DNA of 64,000 bases from Planctomycetota bacterium (GTDB lineage: Bacteria; Planctomycetota; GCA-002687715; DRQF01), in assembly GCA_036479435.1 (NCBI GenBank), contig JAZGFI010000271.1:1-64000 (forward strand), in the 5' to 3' direction. Under the pieces are notes generated by a model. That model ran no database searches. It was not told the DNA's origin and saw only the letters and a list, made by a program, of their open reading frames with translations. Made by a program: the position numbers and the translations under genes. Numbering within the stretch: the stretch's first letter is position 1; every line of letters starts with the position of its first letter. Of this stretch, positions 42,046 to 52,306 are shown piece after piece.

Positions 42046-43724
42046 TCCACAGTTCCTTTGCGAATCACGAAGTCACCCAGCACCAAGGTATCGATGCCGG
42101 TCGACTGAAAACTCTCGATCGCCTCTTCGGGGCTACAAACGATAGGCTGGCCTCGCACATTGAACGAGGTGTTGAGGAGCATCGGCACGCCCGTCTTTTC
42201 CTCAAAGGCCGCGATCAGGGCATGATACCGCGGATTGTGCTCGGCCTGGACGGTTTGCACCCTTGCTGTGCCATCGATGTGCGTGACGGCCGGTATTTGC
42301 TCGCGACGTGACTCGATGACCGAAAAGACCTTGAGCATGTAGGGCGAAGGGCGGGCGTCGACGAACCACTCGCTGGCTTTTTCGGCCAGCACCGAAGGCG
42401 CAAAGGGGCGGAAGCCCTCACGGTGTTTGACGCGCGCGTTTAGGTGGTCTTTCATGTCTGAGCGGCGGGGATCGGCGAGCAGGCTGCGGTTGCCCAGAGC
42501 TCGAGGTCCGTACTCCATGCGTCCTTGAAACCAGGCGACGACGCGGCCAGCCGCGAGGTCCTCGGCGACATCTTGGAACAGATCAGTCGGTTGCTCGTAC
42601 TTGAGGCCGGCGGCTTTTAGGGCGCGCTCGATCAGCTCAAAAGAAAACTCCGGGCCCAATCCCGCGCCGGGATAGGGATGGCGCTCTTTGACGCCGCCAC
42701 GGTGATAGCTGGCCCACAGGGCCGAGCCCATGGCCGCCCCACTGTCATTGGCCGCCGGAGTGACGAAGACATCGTCAAAACCGGCCTCCCTTAAGATTCG
42801 GCCGTTCATGACGCTGTTGAAGGCCACGCCCCCGGCCAGGCAGAGATTCTTCATACCACTGGCTTCACGCAACTCTCGGGCCAACTCCAGAACCAGTTCT
42901 TCGAGGCGGGCTTGCAAGGAAGCGGCCACATCGCGGTGACGATCATCGAGTTCGGATTCGGGTTCTCGCGCGGGCCCCAGGCGCTTCACCAGGGCCGGGG
43001 AGAACTTGGTGCCCTTGCCGAGTTGGTACTGAAAGTAGCTCGTGTCGACCTCGTAGCGCATCGGGCCGGTTTTTCTCAGGATCTGCCGAAAGTCGTCCAA
43101 AAACCTCGGCTCGCCGTAGGGAGCAAGGCCCATGACTTTCCCTTCGCCCGACATCGGGCGGTAACCGAGGTACTGCGTGACGGCCTCGTAGACTTTTCCG
43201 ATCGAATGAGGGTAGTTGACGCTGCCTAGAGTGCTGATTCGCTCGTTGCGTCCCTGCGCGAACAGCGTCGTCGCCCACTCCCCGGTTCCATCCAGAGTCA
43301 AGATGGCCGCCTCGTCGAAAGGCGAGGGGTAAAAACTAGAGGCGGCGTGAGCCAAATGATGGGTCACGTAGTAAAAGCGGCCTTTGAAGCCGTAGTCGCG
43401 GCGGAGTTTTCTTTTTAGGCCCACCATCTCCGTCCACACCCCGGGTTGCCGGCGTGCATAGGTCAACGAGCCCGGCAAAGAGCGAACGAAATGCCAGGCG
43501 AACTTGCCGAGGCCCGAGTAGGGATTCCAGTAGTAGGTCACCGCGTCGAGATCAGAAATCTTGATGCCGCGATAGTCGAGAATCGCCTCAATACTCTGAG
43601 TGGGAAAACCACCTTGGTGTTTGCGGCGTGTCAGGCGCTCCTCTTCGATCGCGAAGTCGATGCGACCGTTGTCGATCAAGGCCGCGCTGCAATCGTGAGT
43701 CGAGTTGAAACCGAGTACGAGCAC
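42042..43724 (-). CDS. Carbamoyltransferase (NodU/CmcH/TobZ family)
   Basis: HDCSAA, EEERLTRRKH, HHLAHAASSF, DGTGE, EGKVMGLAPYG, AGGVAFN, EYGPRALGNRS, RPFAP, H.DGTARVQTV, LNTSFN. Confidence 0.95.
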   Translation of the reverse strand: MLVLGFNSTHDCSAALIDNGRIDFAIEEERLTRRKHQGGFPTQSIEAILDYRGIKISDLDAVTYYWNPYSGLGKFAWHFVRSLPGSLTYARRQPGVWTEMVGLKRKLRRDYGFKGRFYYVTHHLAHAASSFYPSPFDEAAILTLDGTGEWATTLFAQGRNERISTLGSVNYPHSIGKVYEAVTQYLGYRPMSGEGKVMGLAPYGEPRFLDDFRQILRKTGPMRYEVDTSYFQYQLGKGTKFSPALVKRLGPAREPESELDDRHRDVAASLQARLEELVLELARELREASGMKNLCLAGGVAFNSVMNGRILREAGFDDVFVTPAANDSGAAMGSALWASYHRGGVKERHPYPGAGLGPEFSFELIERALKAAGLKYEQPTDLFQDVAEDLAAGRVVAWFQGRMEYGPRALGNRSLLADPRRSDMKDHLNARVKHREGFRPFAPSVLAEKASEWFVDARPSPYMLKVFSVIESRREQIPAVTHIDGTARVQTVQAEHNPRYHALIAAFEEKTGVPMLLNTSFNVRGQPIVCSPEEAIESFQSTGIDTLVLGDFVIRKGTVD

Positions 43725-44797
43725 TAAAAGCGACCTCGCCGGCGAAACAATAGGTTCATCTCTGTGTGGCAATTCCAATAGCAATCGCGGCAAGCTCGCG
43801 TCTCTTTGATCGCCTTGGAGTGCTCTTCGCTCCCCCACCACTCCCTCAGAGAAGTCCGGTGAAGGTCGCCGCAGGCGCGGTCGGCGGCGTTGTAGGGCAT
43901 GCAGGGGTAGATTCTTCCCAGCTCATCGAAGACGAGATGATTGACGCCCGTGTGACAGGTCATCTCGGCGGGTTCGCCGCGAAGGGCGCGCGGGAAAAGA
44001 TCGAGGTAGGCCTGCGAGTTGTCGAGAATCGAAGAAGTCGAGCGGAGCTGCTTCAGCTTATTGTCCAAACCGTCCATCGACGCCGCGTCCATTGCCGCCG
44101 CCGGTACTCCGCCAATCTCGTGTCGCGGGATAAAACCGAGGCCGTCGACGCCGAGTTCCTCGGCTAGCCGATGGAGACCATCGACGTCCGTTTCGGCATC
44201 GACCACGCTGACGATGACCAAACGTGGTCGCGATGAGGGTTTTCTCGCCGCCTTCAGTAGCTCCAAACCCTGGCAGGCCGCATTGAAAGCACCCTCGCGG
44301 CCACGGAGCTCATCGTGTTGCCCTGCCTGCGAGGCATCGAGGCTCACATTGACAGAATCAACTCCCAATTCGACGATCCGAGATGCAAAATCCTCGTCAA
44401 TCTTGGTCGCGTTGGTGTTGAGGTGGACGACCATGCCCTCGGATTTCGCGAGTTCAATCAAGTCGAACAGCCGGGGATACAAAAGCGGCTCCCCGCCCGT
44501 GATACCGAGCCCCATGGTTCCCAGCTGCGCTAAGTCAGAAACTGCGGCGCTAATCGCATCCCATGAAAGGCGCTCTCCTTGGCGCGCCCCACCGGCTGAG
44601 CGCCACGCGTCGCAAAACACACAACGCAAGTTGCAGGAGTAGCTGACGACAAAACTCGCAAAAACCGGCCCCGTGATGGGTCGGGCGCGGTGAGTCGCTA
44701 GCGGTGTCGACAAATACCGAGTCGCCCCGCGCAAAAGCCAACCCGGCCGAAATCGCGCCAGTCCTTCGCGCAGAAAATGGCGGTATTGCTGCCTCAT
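43724..44797 (-). CDS. Radical SAM protein with SPASM/twitch-type domain
   Basis: CNLRCVFC, TGGEP, NTN, SLD, C...GRIYPC...CRDCYWNC; ATGA overlap. Confidence 0.9.
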   Translation of the reverse strand: MRQQYRHFLREGLARFRPGWLLRGATRYLSTPLATHRARPITGPVFASFVVSYSCNLRCVFCDAWRSAGGARQGERLSWDAISAAVSDLAQLGTMGLGITGGEPLLYPRLFDLIELAKSEGMVVHLNTNATKIDEDFASRIVELGVDSVNVSLDASQAGQHDELRGREGAFNAACQGLELLKAARKPSSRPRLVIVSVVDAETDVDGLHRLAEELGVDGLGFIPRHEIGGVPAAAMDAASMDGLDNKLKQLRSTSSILDNSQAYLDLFPRALRGEPAEMTCHTGVNHLVFDELGRIYPCMPYNAADRACGDLHRTSLREWWGSEEHSKAIKETRACRDCYWNCHTEMNLLFRRRGRF

Positions 44798-45810
44798 GAA
44801 AATCTCGGACTGACGACGGAGGTGTCGTACTCGCCGCAACGTGCACACAGCGGTGGGAAGTCCTTGGCCAAATGGCGCCGCCGAAGATCTTGCATGATCT
44901 CGCCGTTCCAAATCTCCTCTACGCTTTGGTCAGCGACCTGGCCGAGAGCGAGTTCTCCCTCAAAATCGCGACAGCATGGCACCGCGCGCCCGTCGCTCAA
45001 CACCACCATGGCTCCTCGCCACAGCTCGCGACAGGGCTTGCTGCGTATTTCGTCTCGGAAACGGGGGATGAACTGAACGCGATCGACCAGTTGCTCCCAC
45101 TCTGTTCGAACGTCCGAAGCCTCGGCTTCGTTCTCTTGCCAGATCGTCATGTTGACGTCGATTTGAAGGGCGTGCTCGGCTTGGTCGCGCATCTCAACCA
45201 AACGCTCGACGTTGGCGCGAAACTTCTCGTAGGGAAAGCCACGGATCTTTTCGTGAGTCTCAGGTCGGCCATCAACCGAAAAAGTGATGCGCTCTAATCC
45301 ACAATCCAGAATGCGCTCACAAACTTCGCGGGTGAGGGTCGTGCCGTTTGAGGTAACCATGACGCGAATCCCGCGATCGGCGGCATAGCGAACTCGTTCG
45401 AAAAAATCAGCGACAAGCAACGCCTCCCCCCACTGGAACATGAGGATCAGTTCGAGATTCGGACTTGCGTCGACAATCTGGCGAAAGGCCTCAAATTCCA
45501 AGTCGCGTTTCTCACGAGTCATCCCGTTGTTGACCGGGCACATGACGCAAGCGAGGTTGCAACGATTGGTTGTTTCGAGGTTGAGAGTCGTCAGTCGGTG
45601 TCCATGCGAACGCCCCAGACGGAAGGCCAGTTCGTTGCGAGCGCCGGCCCACATCGAGCCCAAAGTTGGGTACTTAATCGCAAGGAAGCGGTCGAGTTCC
45701 GGCTTGCCAAGATAATGGCGCGCAATCAGGCGCGTGAGGATCGAGCCCTCAGTCCCAGCCCCTTGCTTCCGCTTTGGACTTGCCTTGCTTGATTGATCCT
45801 TGAGCGACAT
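44794..45810 (-). CDS. Radical SAM protein with twitch domain
   Basis: CNLACVMC, WGE, TSNG, SVDG, C..LW...DGRAVPCC.D...CARC. Confidence 0.9.
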   Translation of the reverse strand: MSLKDQSSKASPKRKQGAGTEGSILTRLIARHYLGKPELDRFLAIKYPTLGSMWAGARNELAFRLGRSHGHRLTTLNLETTNRCNLACVMCPVNNGMTREKRDLEFEAFRQIVDASPNLELILMFQWGEALLVADFFERVRYAADRGIRVMVTSNGTTLTREVCERILDCGLERITFSVDGRPETHEKIRGFPYEKFRANVERLVEMRDQAEHALQIDVNMTIWQENEAEASDVRTEWEQLVDRVQFIPRFRDEIRSKPCRELWRGAMVVLSDGRAVPCCRDFEGELALGQVADQSVEEIWNGEIMQDLRRRHLAKDFPPLCARCGEYDTSVVSPRFS

Positions 45811-45961
45811 GGCGGGATGTGGTGGCTCTCTGTGCGCTTGCTCTCGTCAAAGAATGGTACGGCGACAGGAGCCAAGCCCCAAATCCACATTCATTTTTTG
45901 GCGGTCAATAATCGGGGAAGGAGCCAAGAGGCAGTGAGCAACAGGGGGCTCAGTTTGAGAG

Positions 45962-47626
45962 CTATTTGAGCACCGGGTGGATCCTGAGAAACACAAAGTC
46001 CTTGGTTAGCTCGACGGATTTACCACGAATGATCGCGCTGCGTCCTCGATCAACGGCACCAATCTGCAGGGTTTGCCCGACCAAAAACTGGTCAATGACG
46101 TAGTAACCCTGATCATCGGTGGTGATGACGATGTCCTTGCCCAACGCTGGCCCAAAGTCGAAGTCGTCGAGCAAAGTCACAAATACCGAAGCATTCGGTA
46201 TCGGCTGACCATCCTCATCCAGGACTTGGCCTTCCAGTCGATGGCCGTTTTCCATTTGATAGTCGAAGCGAGCGCCGGGTTGTCCGTAGGTGGCTTCATC
46301 AATTCCACGTTCAAAGCCCATCGCGAAATCGCGGTGATAGACCAAGGCGGTGTAGTGCGCACCCTTGATGAGACCCGTCGCCAAGAAGTTGCCGTTGCCA
46401 TCGGTCTCAACGATTGGTGGACGGTGCCGCGAAGAACTCAAAAAGACACCATCTGATTGAGATTCGAAAACGACCCGAGCGCCTCCAACCGGAAGACGGC
46501 CGCGGCCTACCATGGTCACGGTGCCGCGGAGGGACCATGTCGACAACACTTGCACACGCTCAGTTAGGGCATCAAGACTGCCGTCGCCATGTACAACGAC
46601 GGCTTGGGTCAAGCGCTTGCGCCCAAGGCCGAACTCAAGGCTTTCCGCTTCAATCATGTACTGCCGGCGAGGCATCAACGATTCGAAAACCGCAATGCCG
46701 TTGCCATCCGCGTAATTCTCGGCAACTGTCAAACCGGCGTTCAGCTCAATCAATCGAACTTTGGCGTCGGAAATCGGATTGCCTTCAAAATCGACGACTT
46801 CAACCTGGAGACGACCACCGCGCCGCAAATTGAAATTCTGCCAGTCCACCGTACCGTGCTCGCCGGAAACTCTAAAGTTTCGAACTTCGCGTTGGTGGTT
46901 GGCAGACAAGACCCGCAAGGTCACCACTTCGCCCTGCACCACGCTGGGGAAGCTGTAGCGACCGTTGACATCAGAAGTCGTCACTTCCCGACGATCGAGG
47001 TCATGCCAAAGCTCAACGCTAGCGTTAGCAACGGTGCCACCTTGTTCGTCGAAAATATTGCCCGTGATGGAGAACGCGGCCTCGACCTTGATTCTTTTGA
47101 ACCCCGGATCAATGAGACGAAAGCGTTTCGCCGGGTAATTGGCACCGGCCTTAACGACCAACTCATAGATCACGCCAATTTCACGGGGCAAGGCCAGACG
47201 GCCTTCCTCGTCGGCGACCAAATCTTCCGCCGTTAGCGGCGGTGTGATATCGAGACTTTCAGCCGTAGCAATCGTGAAGGCGGGCCGCGCAATCCAGGTC
47301 ACTTCCGCATTGGGAATCGGATTGCCATCGGGGCCAACAATGGCGAGTTCAAAGACCTGCGCACGGGGCGAAGGTTCGGGCACCGCAACTTCTTCAGGTT
47401 CGGCCGCATCGCGCGGAGCGTTGCCGAAGGCCAAAACTCGACCGCTCGAAGCATCCCGGTCGTTGCGAGCTAAGGTCGCGTTGACCACCGGCGACACGTA
47501 CTCACCCTTGAAAGTGGGGGCGGCCTGCGTGGCACTGTCTGAAACCGAAAGGATGAGATAGAAAGCTAGCGCCAACCCGATTCCGGGCAGTGCGATGAGC
47601 AATCGATCTCTGCGGTTCCGTTGCAC
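45962..47626 (-). CDS. Membrane-anchored protein with carboxypeptidase-regulatory-like beta-sandwich repeats
   Basis: N-terminal TM; repeated G.V.D..G.PI..A.V and TD..G.Y/F motifs. Confidence 0.8.
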   Translation of the reverse strand: MQRNRRDRLLIALPGIGLALAFYLILSVSDSATQAAPTFKGEYVSPVVNATLARNDRDASSGRVLAFGNAPRDAAEPEEVAVPEPSPRAQVFELAIVGPDGNPIPNAEVTWIARPAFTIATAESLDITPPLTAEDLVADEEGRLALPREIGVIYELVVKAGANYPAKRFRLIDPGFKRIKVEAAFSITGNIFDEQGGTVANASVELWHDLDRREVTTSDVNGRYSFPSVVQGEVVTLRVLSANHQREVRNFRVSGEHGTVDWQNFNLRRGGRLQVEVVDFEGNPISDAKVRLIELNAGLTVAENYADGNGIAVFESLMPRRQYMIEAESLEFGLGRKRLTQAVVVHGDGSLDALTERVQVLSTWSLRGTVTMVGRGRLPVGGARVVFESQSDGVFLSSSRHRPPIVETDGNGNFLATGLIKGAHYTALVYHRDFAMGFERGIDEATYGQPGARFDYQMENGHRLEGQVLDEDGQPIPNASVFVTLLDDFDFGPALGKDIVITTDDQGYYVIDQFLVGQTLQIGAVDRGRSAIIRGKSVELTKDFVFLRIHPVLK

Positions 47627-47694
47627 GCCGAGGGCGTTCCTTTCGCGACTTCAGCGAACGGGGACTTTCCCCACTCGCCCTTTCGTCTATCGAC

Positions 47695-47733
47695 CAAGTT
47701 GACCAGTCAAGTTGACCAGTCAAGTTGACCAGG
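47695..47733. repeat. 13-bp tandem repeat x3
   Basis: CAAGTTGACCAGT CAAGTTGACCAGT CAAGTTGACCAGG. Confidence 0.9.
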
Positions 47734-48100
47734 CTTGGCACAGGGTACTGAGGCACTCGCCACGGATCACCCACCAGGGCGATTCCACACCGCGTGCCGC
47801 ATCGGGCTCACCGGACTCTCATGCTCAACGGATCTACAGAGCTTTTTTTGCTGGCACCGTCAAACGGAGGGCCGCGAGCCTTCACGTAAGGATCATCCTA
47901 CCGGTCCTTTCTGGCGGCGTCCACGATCCATTTGGGCCTTTCGTCGATTCCTAAGTTTCCCTGCAACATGCCGGAAGAGGAACAAATCTAATCACTTGCA
48001 ATCAAATGGGTTAAATGACGCAGATGCCGCAGGATTTGGAGATCGGCCTAGAGAGAGTTGGGCAAAGTGCGTTTTCATGCAATTTTGGGCTCAGCCGATC

Positions 48101-48140
48101 AAAAAGCCCCGTAAGGGCCCGAATCGGGCTCGTACGGGGC
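48101..48140 (-). terminator. Intrinsic terminator after ssb
   Basis: GCCCCGTACGAGCCCG-ATT-CGGGCCCTTACGGGGC followed by TTTTT on the - strand. Confidence 0.75.
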
Positions 48141-48196
48141 AGTTCGCTGCGATATTGTCCTAGACGGCCTTGGCTGCGCCAAAGGGCATCAAGGAG

Positions 48197-48697
48197 CTAA
48201 AAGGGGATGTCGTCCTCATCCATTTGGGGTGCGGCCGGGCGTTCGAAGCTCGGAGCCGGCGCGTAACCGCCACCAGCTGCGGCGGCGGGGGCGTTTTCTT
48301 GCGGCCGGTTGTATCCGACTTGGCCGCTGGCTTGACCGCCGGCTTGCGCACCACCACCCTCTTCACGGCCGCCGAGAAACTGAAAGTTCTCGATAACGAC
48401 CTTCAGCTTGTTGCGTTTTTGCCCGTCTTGAGTTTCCCAGCTTTGGAAATCCAGGCGGCCCTCGACGAACAAAGGCTTGCCGCGCTTCATATAGCGCCCC
48501 AAAGTCTCGGCTTGACGCCCAAACGCGGTCAGGTCGACGTAACAGACTTGCTCACGCTTCTCGCCGGTCTGCGGGTCGTTGCGGATGCGGTTGATGGCCA
48601 TTCCAAGCTCACAAACGGCCGTCCCACTGGGGAGGAACTTGGACTCGGGGTCGCGGGTGAGGTTGCCGATCAACATGACTTTGTTGAGGTTCGCCAT
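48197..48697 (-). CDS. ssb: Single-stranded DNA-binding protein
   Basis: NKVMLIGNLTRDPE, VEGRL, C-terminal DDIPF. Confidence 0.97.
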   Translation of the reverse strand: MANLNKVMLIGNLTRDPESKFLPSGTAVCELGMAINRIRNDPQTGEKREQVCYVDLTAFGRQAETLGRYMKRGKPLFVEGRLDFQSWETQDGQKRNKLKVVIENFQFLGGREEGGGAQAGGQASGQVGYNRPQENAPAAAAGGGYAPAPSFERPAAPQMDEDDIPF

Positions 48698-49054
48698 AAG
48701 AATGCTCCAGTCGATTTAAGTTTCGTGAGGGCATGAATTCGAGAAGTCACGTCGATCTCGATCGCTGCGATGGCCCGGGCCAACGCGCTCGAAGTAGATC
48801 GACAACATCTCGTCAGAGGCCGGTTGTGGGTATCTGCACGCAGAACCCGGAATTTTCGCCCTGAGGTAAGGCCAGGTGCCTTACTTAGACGACAAGTAAT
48901 ACTTGGCGGCCAGCGCCAATCGGAGACCGGCGGTTTGACCAAAGTCTGCGCCACCGACAGGTCGGGCCGCAGGGTAAGTCTGCGAGCCAAAAGATCGATT
49001 CGCTGGGTTTCCCGTCTTAGCAAACTCGACGGACAAGAATCGGAGTCAAGAGGC

Positions 49055-49420
49055 ATGGATGACATGAACCGCAAAGAGCGGCGCGCCAACAAACGCCTGT
49101 CGATCAATCAAAACTTCGAACTCTTCCTCGGCGACGAAAAGATTGCCTGTCAGCTTACCGACCTTTCGCCCAACGGTTTGGGCCTGATCGCATCAAGTCC
49201 TCTACCCGAACTAGCCGTCCTCGGCTTAGAGCTGGAAATCGAAGGTCACGAAGGGCGCCCTGATCTGCGCATCACCGCGACCGCCGTGGTCATTCATTGC
49301 ATCAAAGACGGCGAGCAATACCAGGTCGGCCTGTGGTTCCAAGAGATCTCAGAATTCCTGAAACTCAACATCGAACGCTACACCCTCAACCTCGCCTCAG
49401 AAGAACCACAAGCGATATAG
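49055..49420 (+). CDS. Stand-alone PilZ domain protein
   Basis: ERRANKR (RxxxR) and DLSPNG (DxSxxG); YQVGLWF. Confidence 0.85.
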   Translation: MDDMNRKERRANKRLSINQNFELFLGDEKIACQLTDLSPNGLGLIASSPLPELAVLGLELEIEGHEGRPDLRITATAVVIHCIKDGEQYQVGLWFQEISEFLKLNIERYTLNLASEEPQAI

Positions 49421-49439
49421 ATCGCGTTCTAGTTCGCGT

Positions 49440-50438
49440 TCACTCCTTGGACGCGGAACGCGGCACAAAGTGACGGGCGAATTCCGCACTGAAATCCTCG
49501 CGTGTCGCGGCGAACATCCGCTCGCGGCCAGAGAGGTCTTTTTTGACTCCGTAGCTGCCCCAGATTCCCTGCCGCGCCGCATGCTCTTCCAAAGCGGCAC
49601 CCCCCTCCGCTCCGAGCTCCAAAAACACGGCCCCCTGCGGACGCAGATAGGCCGCAGCGCCGTCGAGGATCGCGCGGTGAAAAAACAGGGAGTCCTGCGG
49701 AGAAAACAGAGCCGCCCTCGGCTCGAAGTCACGAACGTCCGGCATCAGCTCGGCTGCTTCGTGCCGCTCAATGTAGGGAGGATTCGACACAATGATGTCG
49801 AATCCCTCGTTCGCGGAACCATCATCGTCCGCAGTCGAAACCGAGGCCTCTCCAAGTGGTGCGAAAAGATCGCCTCGAAGCCAACGAGCGCGGTCTGACA
49901 CTTCGAGCAGTTGACCGTTGCGATCGGCAATCGTAAGCGCGCTCGCTTCGATATCGATGCCGAGGCCACGCGCACTTGGATGGCGCAGTAAGAGCGAAAT
50001 CAAGATGCACCCGGAGCCGACGCCGAGTTCGAGAAACCGAAGAGGAGCCGAGGACGAAGGACTTTCTGCGTCGCCTAGACTTTGGCGGCCGTTGAGATAC
50101 TCATCCGCCCACAACACCAACTCTTCGGTTTCGGGGCGGGGAATAAGAACGCCCGGCCCGACTTCAAAAGTCGAGTCGAGGAAATCACGCCGTCCAAGAA
50201 TATAGGCAAGAGGCTCAAAGCCGAGCCGCCTTTTCACCAGGGCGCGAAAGCTCCCGCGCCGCTCAGAATCGACGGGCATATCGAACTTCGTATAGAGCTG
50301 AATGCGCTCGAGGCCAAGCGCTTCCCCCAGCAAGAGGTCGGCCTCGAGTCGCGCATTCTCAAAACCCCGCTTCCGAAAGAGCTCGGCCGCAGATTCGGCG
50401 AGCCCGCCCAGTGTCCAAATCGGCTCCGGTGTCGGCAT
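49440..50438 (-). CDS. prmC: Release factor glutamine methyltransferase
   Basis: EPLAYILG, VLIPRPETE, LGVGSG, SNPPY. Confidence 0.95.
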   Translation of the reverse strand: MPTPEPIWTLGGLAESAAELFRKRGFENARLEADLLLGEALGLERIQLYTKFDMPVDSERRGSFRALVKRRLGFEPLAYILGRRDFLDSTFEVGPGVLIPRPETEELVLWADEYLNGRQSLGDAESPSSSAPLRFLELGVGSGCILISLLLRHPSARGLGIDIEASALTIADRNGQLLEVSDRARWLRGDLFAPLGEASVSTADDDGSANEGFDIIVSNPPYIERHEAAELMPDVRDFEPRAALFSPQDSLFFHRAILDGAAAYLRPQGAVFLELGAEGGAALEEHAARQGIWGSYGVKKDLSGRERMFAATREDFSAEFARHFVPRSASKE

Positions 50439-50456
50439 CGGGGTCTTGAAAGCCGC

Positions 50457-51218
50457 TTAGGCCTTCGCTTCGTCCTTGGGAGCGGCCTTCGCATCTTTGC
50501 CGGACTTGTCGCCCTTGCCTCGATTCGAACGTTCGCGGCGTACGGGCTTACTGTCTTCTTTTGGTTTGCCCTTCATCACGGCGACAACCACCGAACCAAG
50601 AATGAAGACCACCATGAAGATGACGGCCAAAGAGGTCAGGTAAAAACCAGTTCCAAAACTACCCCAAGCACCTTCGTGCTTGGCGCGCACCGCCGGATCG
50701 ACCTGACCACCCATCGTGTCAAAGTGACCGGTGATGAGGTCGACAACGCCCCAATTCGCGTTGTCACGCGCCAACTCGAAGGCGTCAAAGATGGCAATGG
50801 CGCGCGGGTCTTGGTCATCTAGGTCCTTGCGAATTTGCGTCGCCGTCTCTTGGTGCGTGAAGAGATCCTGGTCGCGGTGGTCCGTCACGGCGCGGTACTG
50901 CAGCAAAAGGCAAATAACGGCGACGATTTCGAGGGTCAAAAACGGCCACAGGGTAAGCCGGCGGCTCTTGATGCTGGCGATCCCCGTCCAGGTCGCGCCG
51001 ATGGCGAAGACCAAAAGGATGGCCTGCAACAGGTTCGGCAACTGCGGCTCCCCGAGGCCGCGCCAAGGCAAGACGGTGCCGACAATCATGGCCACCGCAA
51101 CCCACAAGAACAGGTAGAACTGCTTAAACACCTGTCCCGGAACGTAGACGTGCTGGAAGGTGACGTCGTACACCGGTTGCGGCTGCGGGATTGACCCCAT
51201 GTCTTGTTGATCGGCCAT
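50457..51218 (-). CDS. Hypothetical membrane protein (about 4 TM helices)
   Basis: Several hydrophobic segments, basic C-terminal tail; lies between prfA and prmC. Confidence 0.75.
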   Translation of the reverse strand: MADQQDMGSIPQPQPVYDVTFQHVYVPGQVFKQFYLFLWVAVAMIVGTVLPWRGLGEPQLPNLLQAILLVFAIGATWTGIASIKSRRLTLWPFLTLEIVAVICLLLQYRAVTDHRDQDLFTHQETATQIRKDLDDQDPRAIAIFDAFELARDNANWGVVDLITGHFDTMGGQVDPAVRAKHEGAWGSFGTGFYLTSLAVIFMVVFILGSVVVAVMKGKPKEDSKPVRRERSNRGKGDKSGKDAKAAPKDEAKA

Positions 51219-51229
51219 TTCCTGGTCTC

Positions 51230-52306
51230 CTAATCGTCGAGGTCTTGGAGCTTTTGCTCCTTGTCGTATTCCATCATCGGTTCAAGCATGGGGTCCAAAT
51301 CTCCCTGCATGACTCGGTCGAGACTATACAGGGTCAAGTTGATCCGGTGGTCTGATACGCGATTTTGGGGAAAGTTATACGTACGGATGCGTTGACTGCG
51401 GTCACCACTACCGATGAGCTGCTTGCGGGCCGAGCTGCGTTCGGATTCGCGCTTTTGTTTTTCGACTTCGTACAGGCGACTGGCGAGGATCTTCAGGGCC
51501 CTGGCCCGGTTTTTGTGCTGTGACTTTTCGTCCTGACAAGTCACGATCAGCCCAGTAGGTTCGTGCGTGATACGAATCGCACTCGAAGTCTTGTTGACAC
51601 TTTGGCCCCCGGGGCCGGAGCTACGGTAGGTATCGATGCGCAGGTCTTGTTCCCGGATGTTGACTTCTACTGCCGTCGCTTCGGGCAGGACGGCTACCGT
51701 TGCCGCCGAGGTGTGAATGCGGCCCTGAGACTCGGTCTCGGGAACTCGTTGCACGCGGTGACCGCCCGATTCGTACTTTAAACGCCGGTAGACGCCATCG
51801 CCACTCACGTTGAGCGTGATTTCCTTGAAGCCGCCAACACTACCTTCACTCTCGTTGAGGATCTCGAGCTTCCAGCCCTTGAGCTCGGCGTAAAGGCTGT
51901 ACATTCGAAACAAGGAGCCGCAGAATAGCGCCGCCTCGTCGCCGCCTGTGCCGGCTCGAATCTCGACGATAGCGTTGCGGTTGGCATCTTCGTCGTCGGT
52001 GACAAAAATCTCACGAAGGCCTTCAAGACGCGCCTTAAGCTGGGTTTTCAGATTGGCGGCTTCAACTTCGAACAGCTCTTTTTCTTCGGGGTCGTCCAGG
52101 GTGCCCGCCAGCTCCTCGGCGTCGGCAAGTTCAGACTGGGCGCTGCGGAATTCGCGGTAGGCTCTGACCTTGCTTTCAAGGCCTCCGCGTTCCTTGAGGA
52201 GGGTCGTAAACCGAAGCTGATCGGCGATTACGACCGGGTCAGCGATCAAGATATCCACCTCGTCAAATCGCTTGGATAGGTTTTCGAGCGCGTCGAGAAA
52301 AGCCAT
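51230..52306 (-). CDS. prfA: Peptide chain release factor 1
   Basis: EIRAGTGGDEA, HRVQRVPETE (PxT), GGQ, IRTYNFPQ. Confidence 0.97.
   Translation of the reverse strand: MAFLDALENLSKRFDEVDILIADPVVIADQLRFTTLLKERGGLESKVRAYREFRSAQSELADAEELAGTLDDPEEKELFEVEAANLKTQLKARLEGLREIFVTDDEDANRNAIVEIRAGTGGDEAALFCGSLFRMYSLYAELKGWKLEILNESEGSVGGFKEITLNVSGDGVYRRLKYESGGHRVQRVPETESQGRIHTSAATVAVLPEATAVEVNIREQDLRIDTYRSSGPGGQSVNKTSSAIRITHEPTGLIVTCQDEKSQHKNRARALKILASRLYEVEKQKRESERSSARKQLIGSGDRSQRIRTYNFPQNRVSDHRINLTLYSLDRVMQGDLDPMLEPMMEYDKEQKLQDLDD

Noticed and set aside
36826..45960. RiPP cluster interpretation of the radical SAM operon
   Set aside because: No small precursor ORF, RRE/PqqD domain or dedicated peptidase/exporter seen; the partners are sugar-acting families
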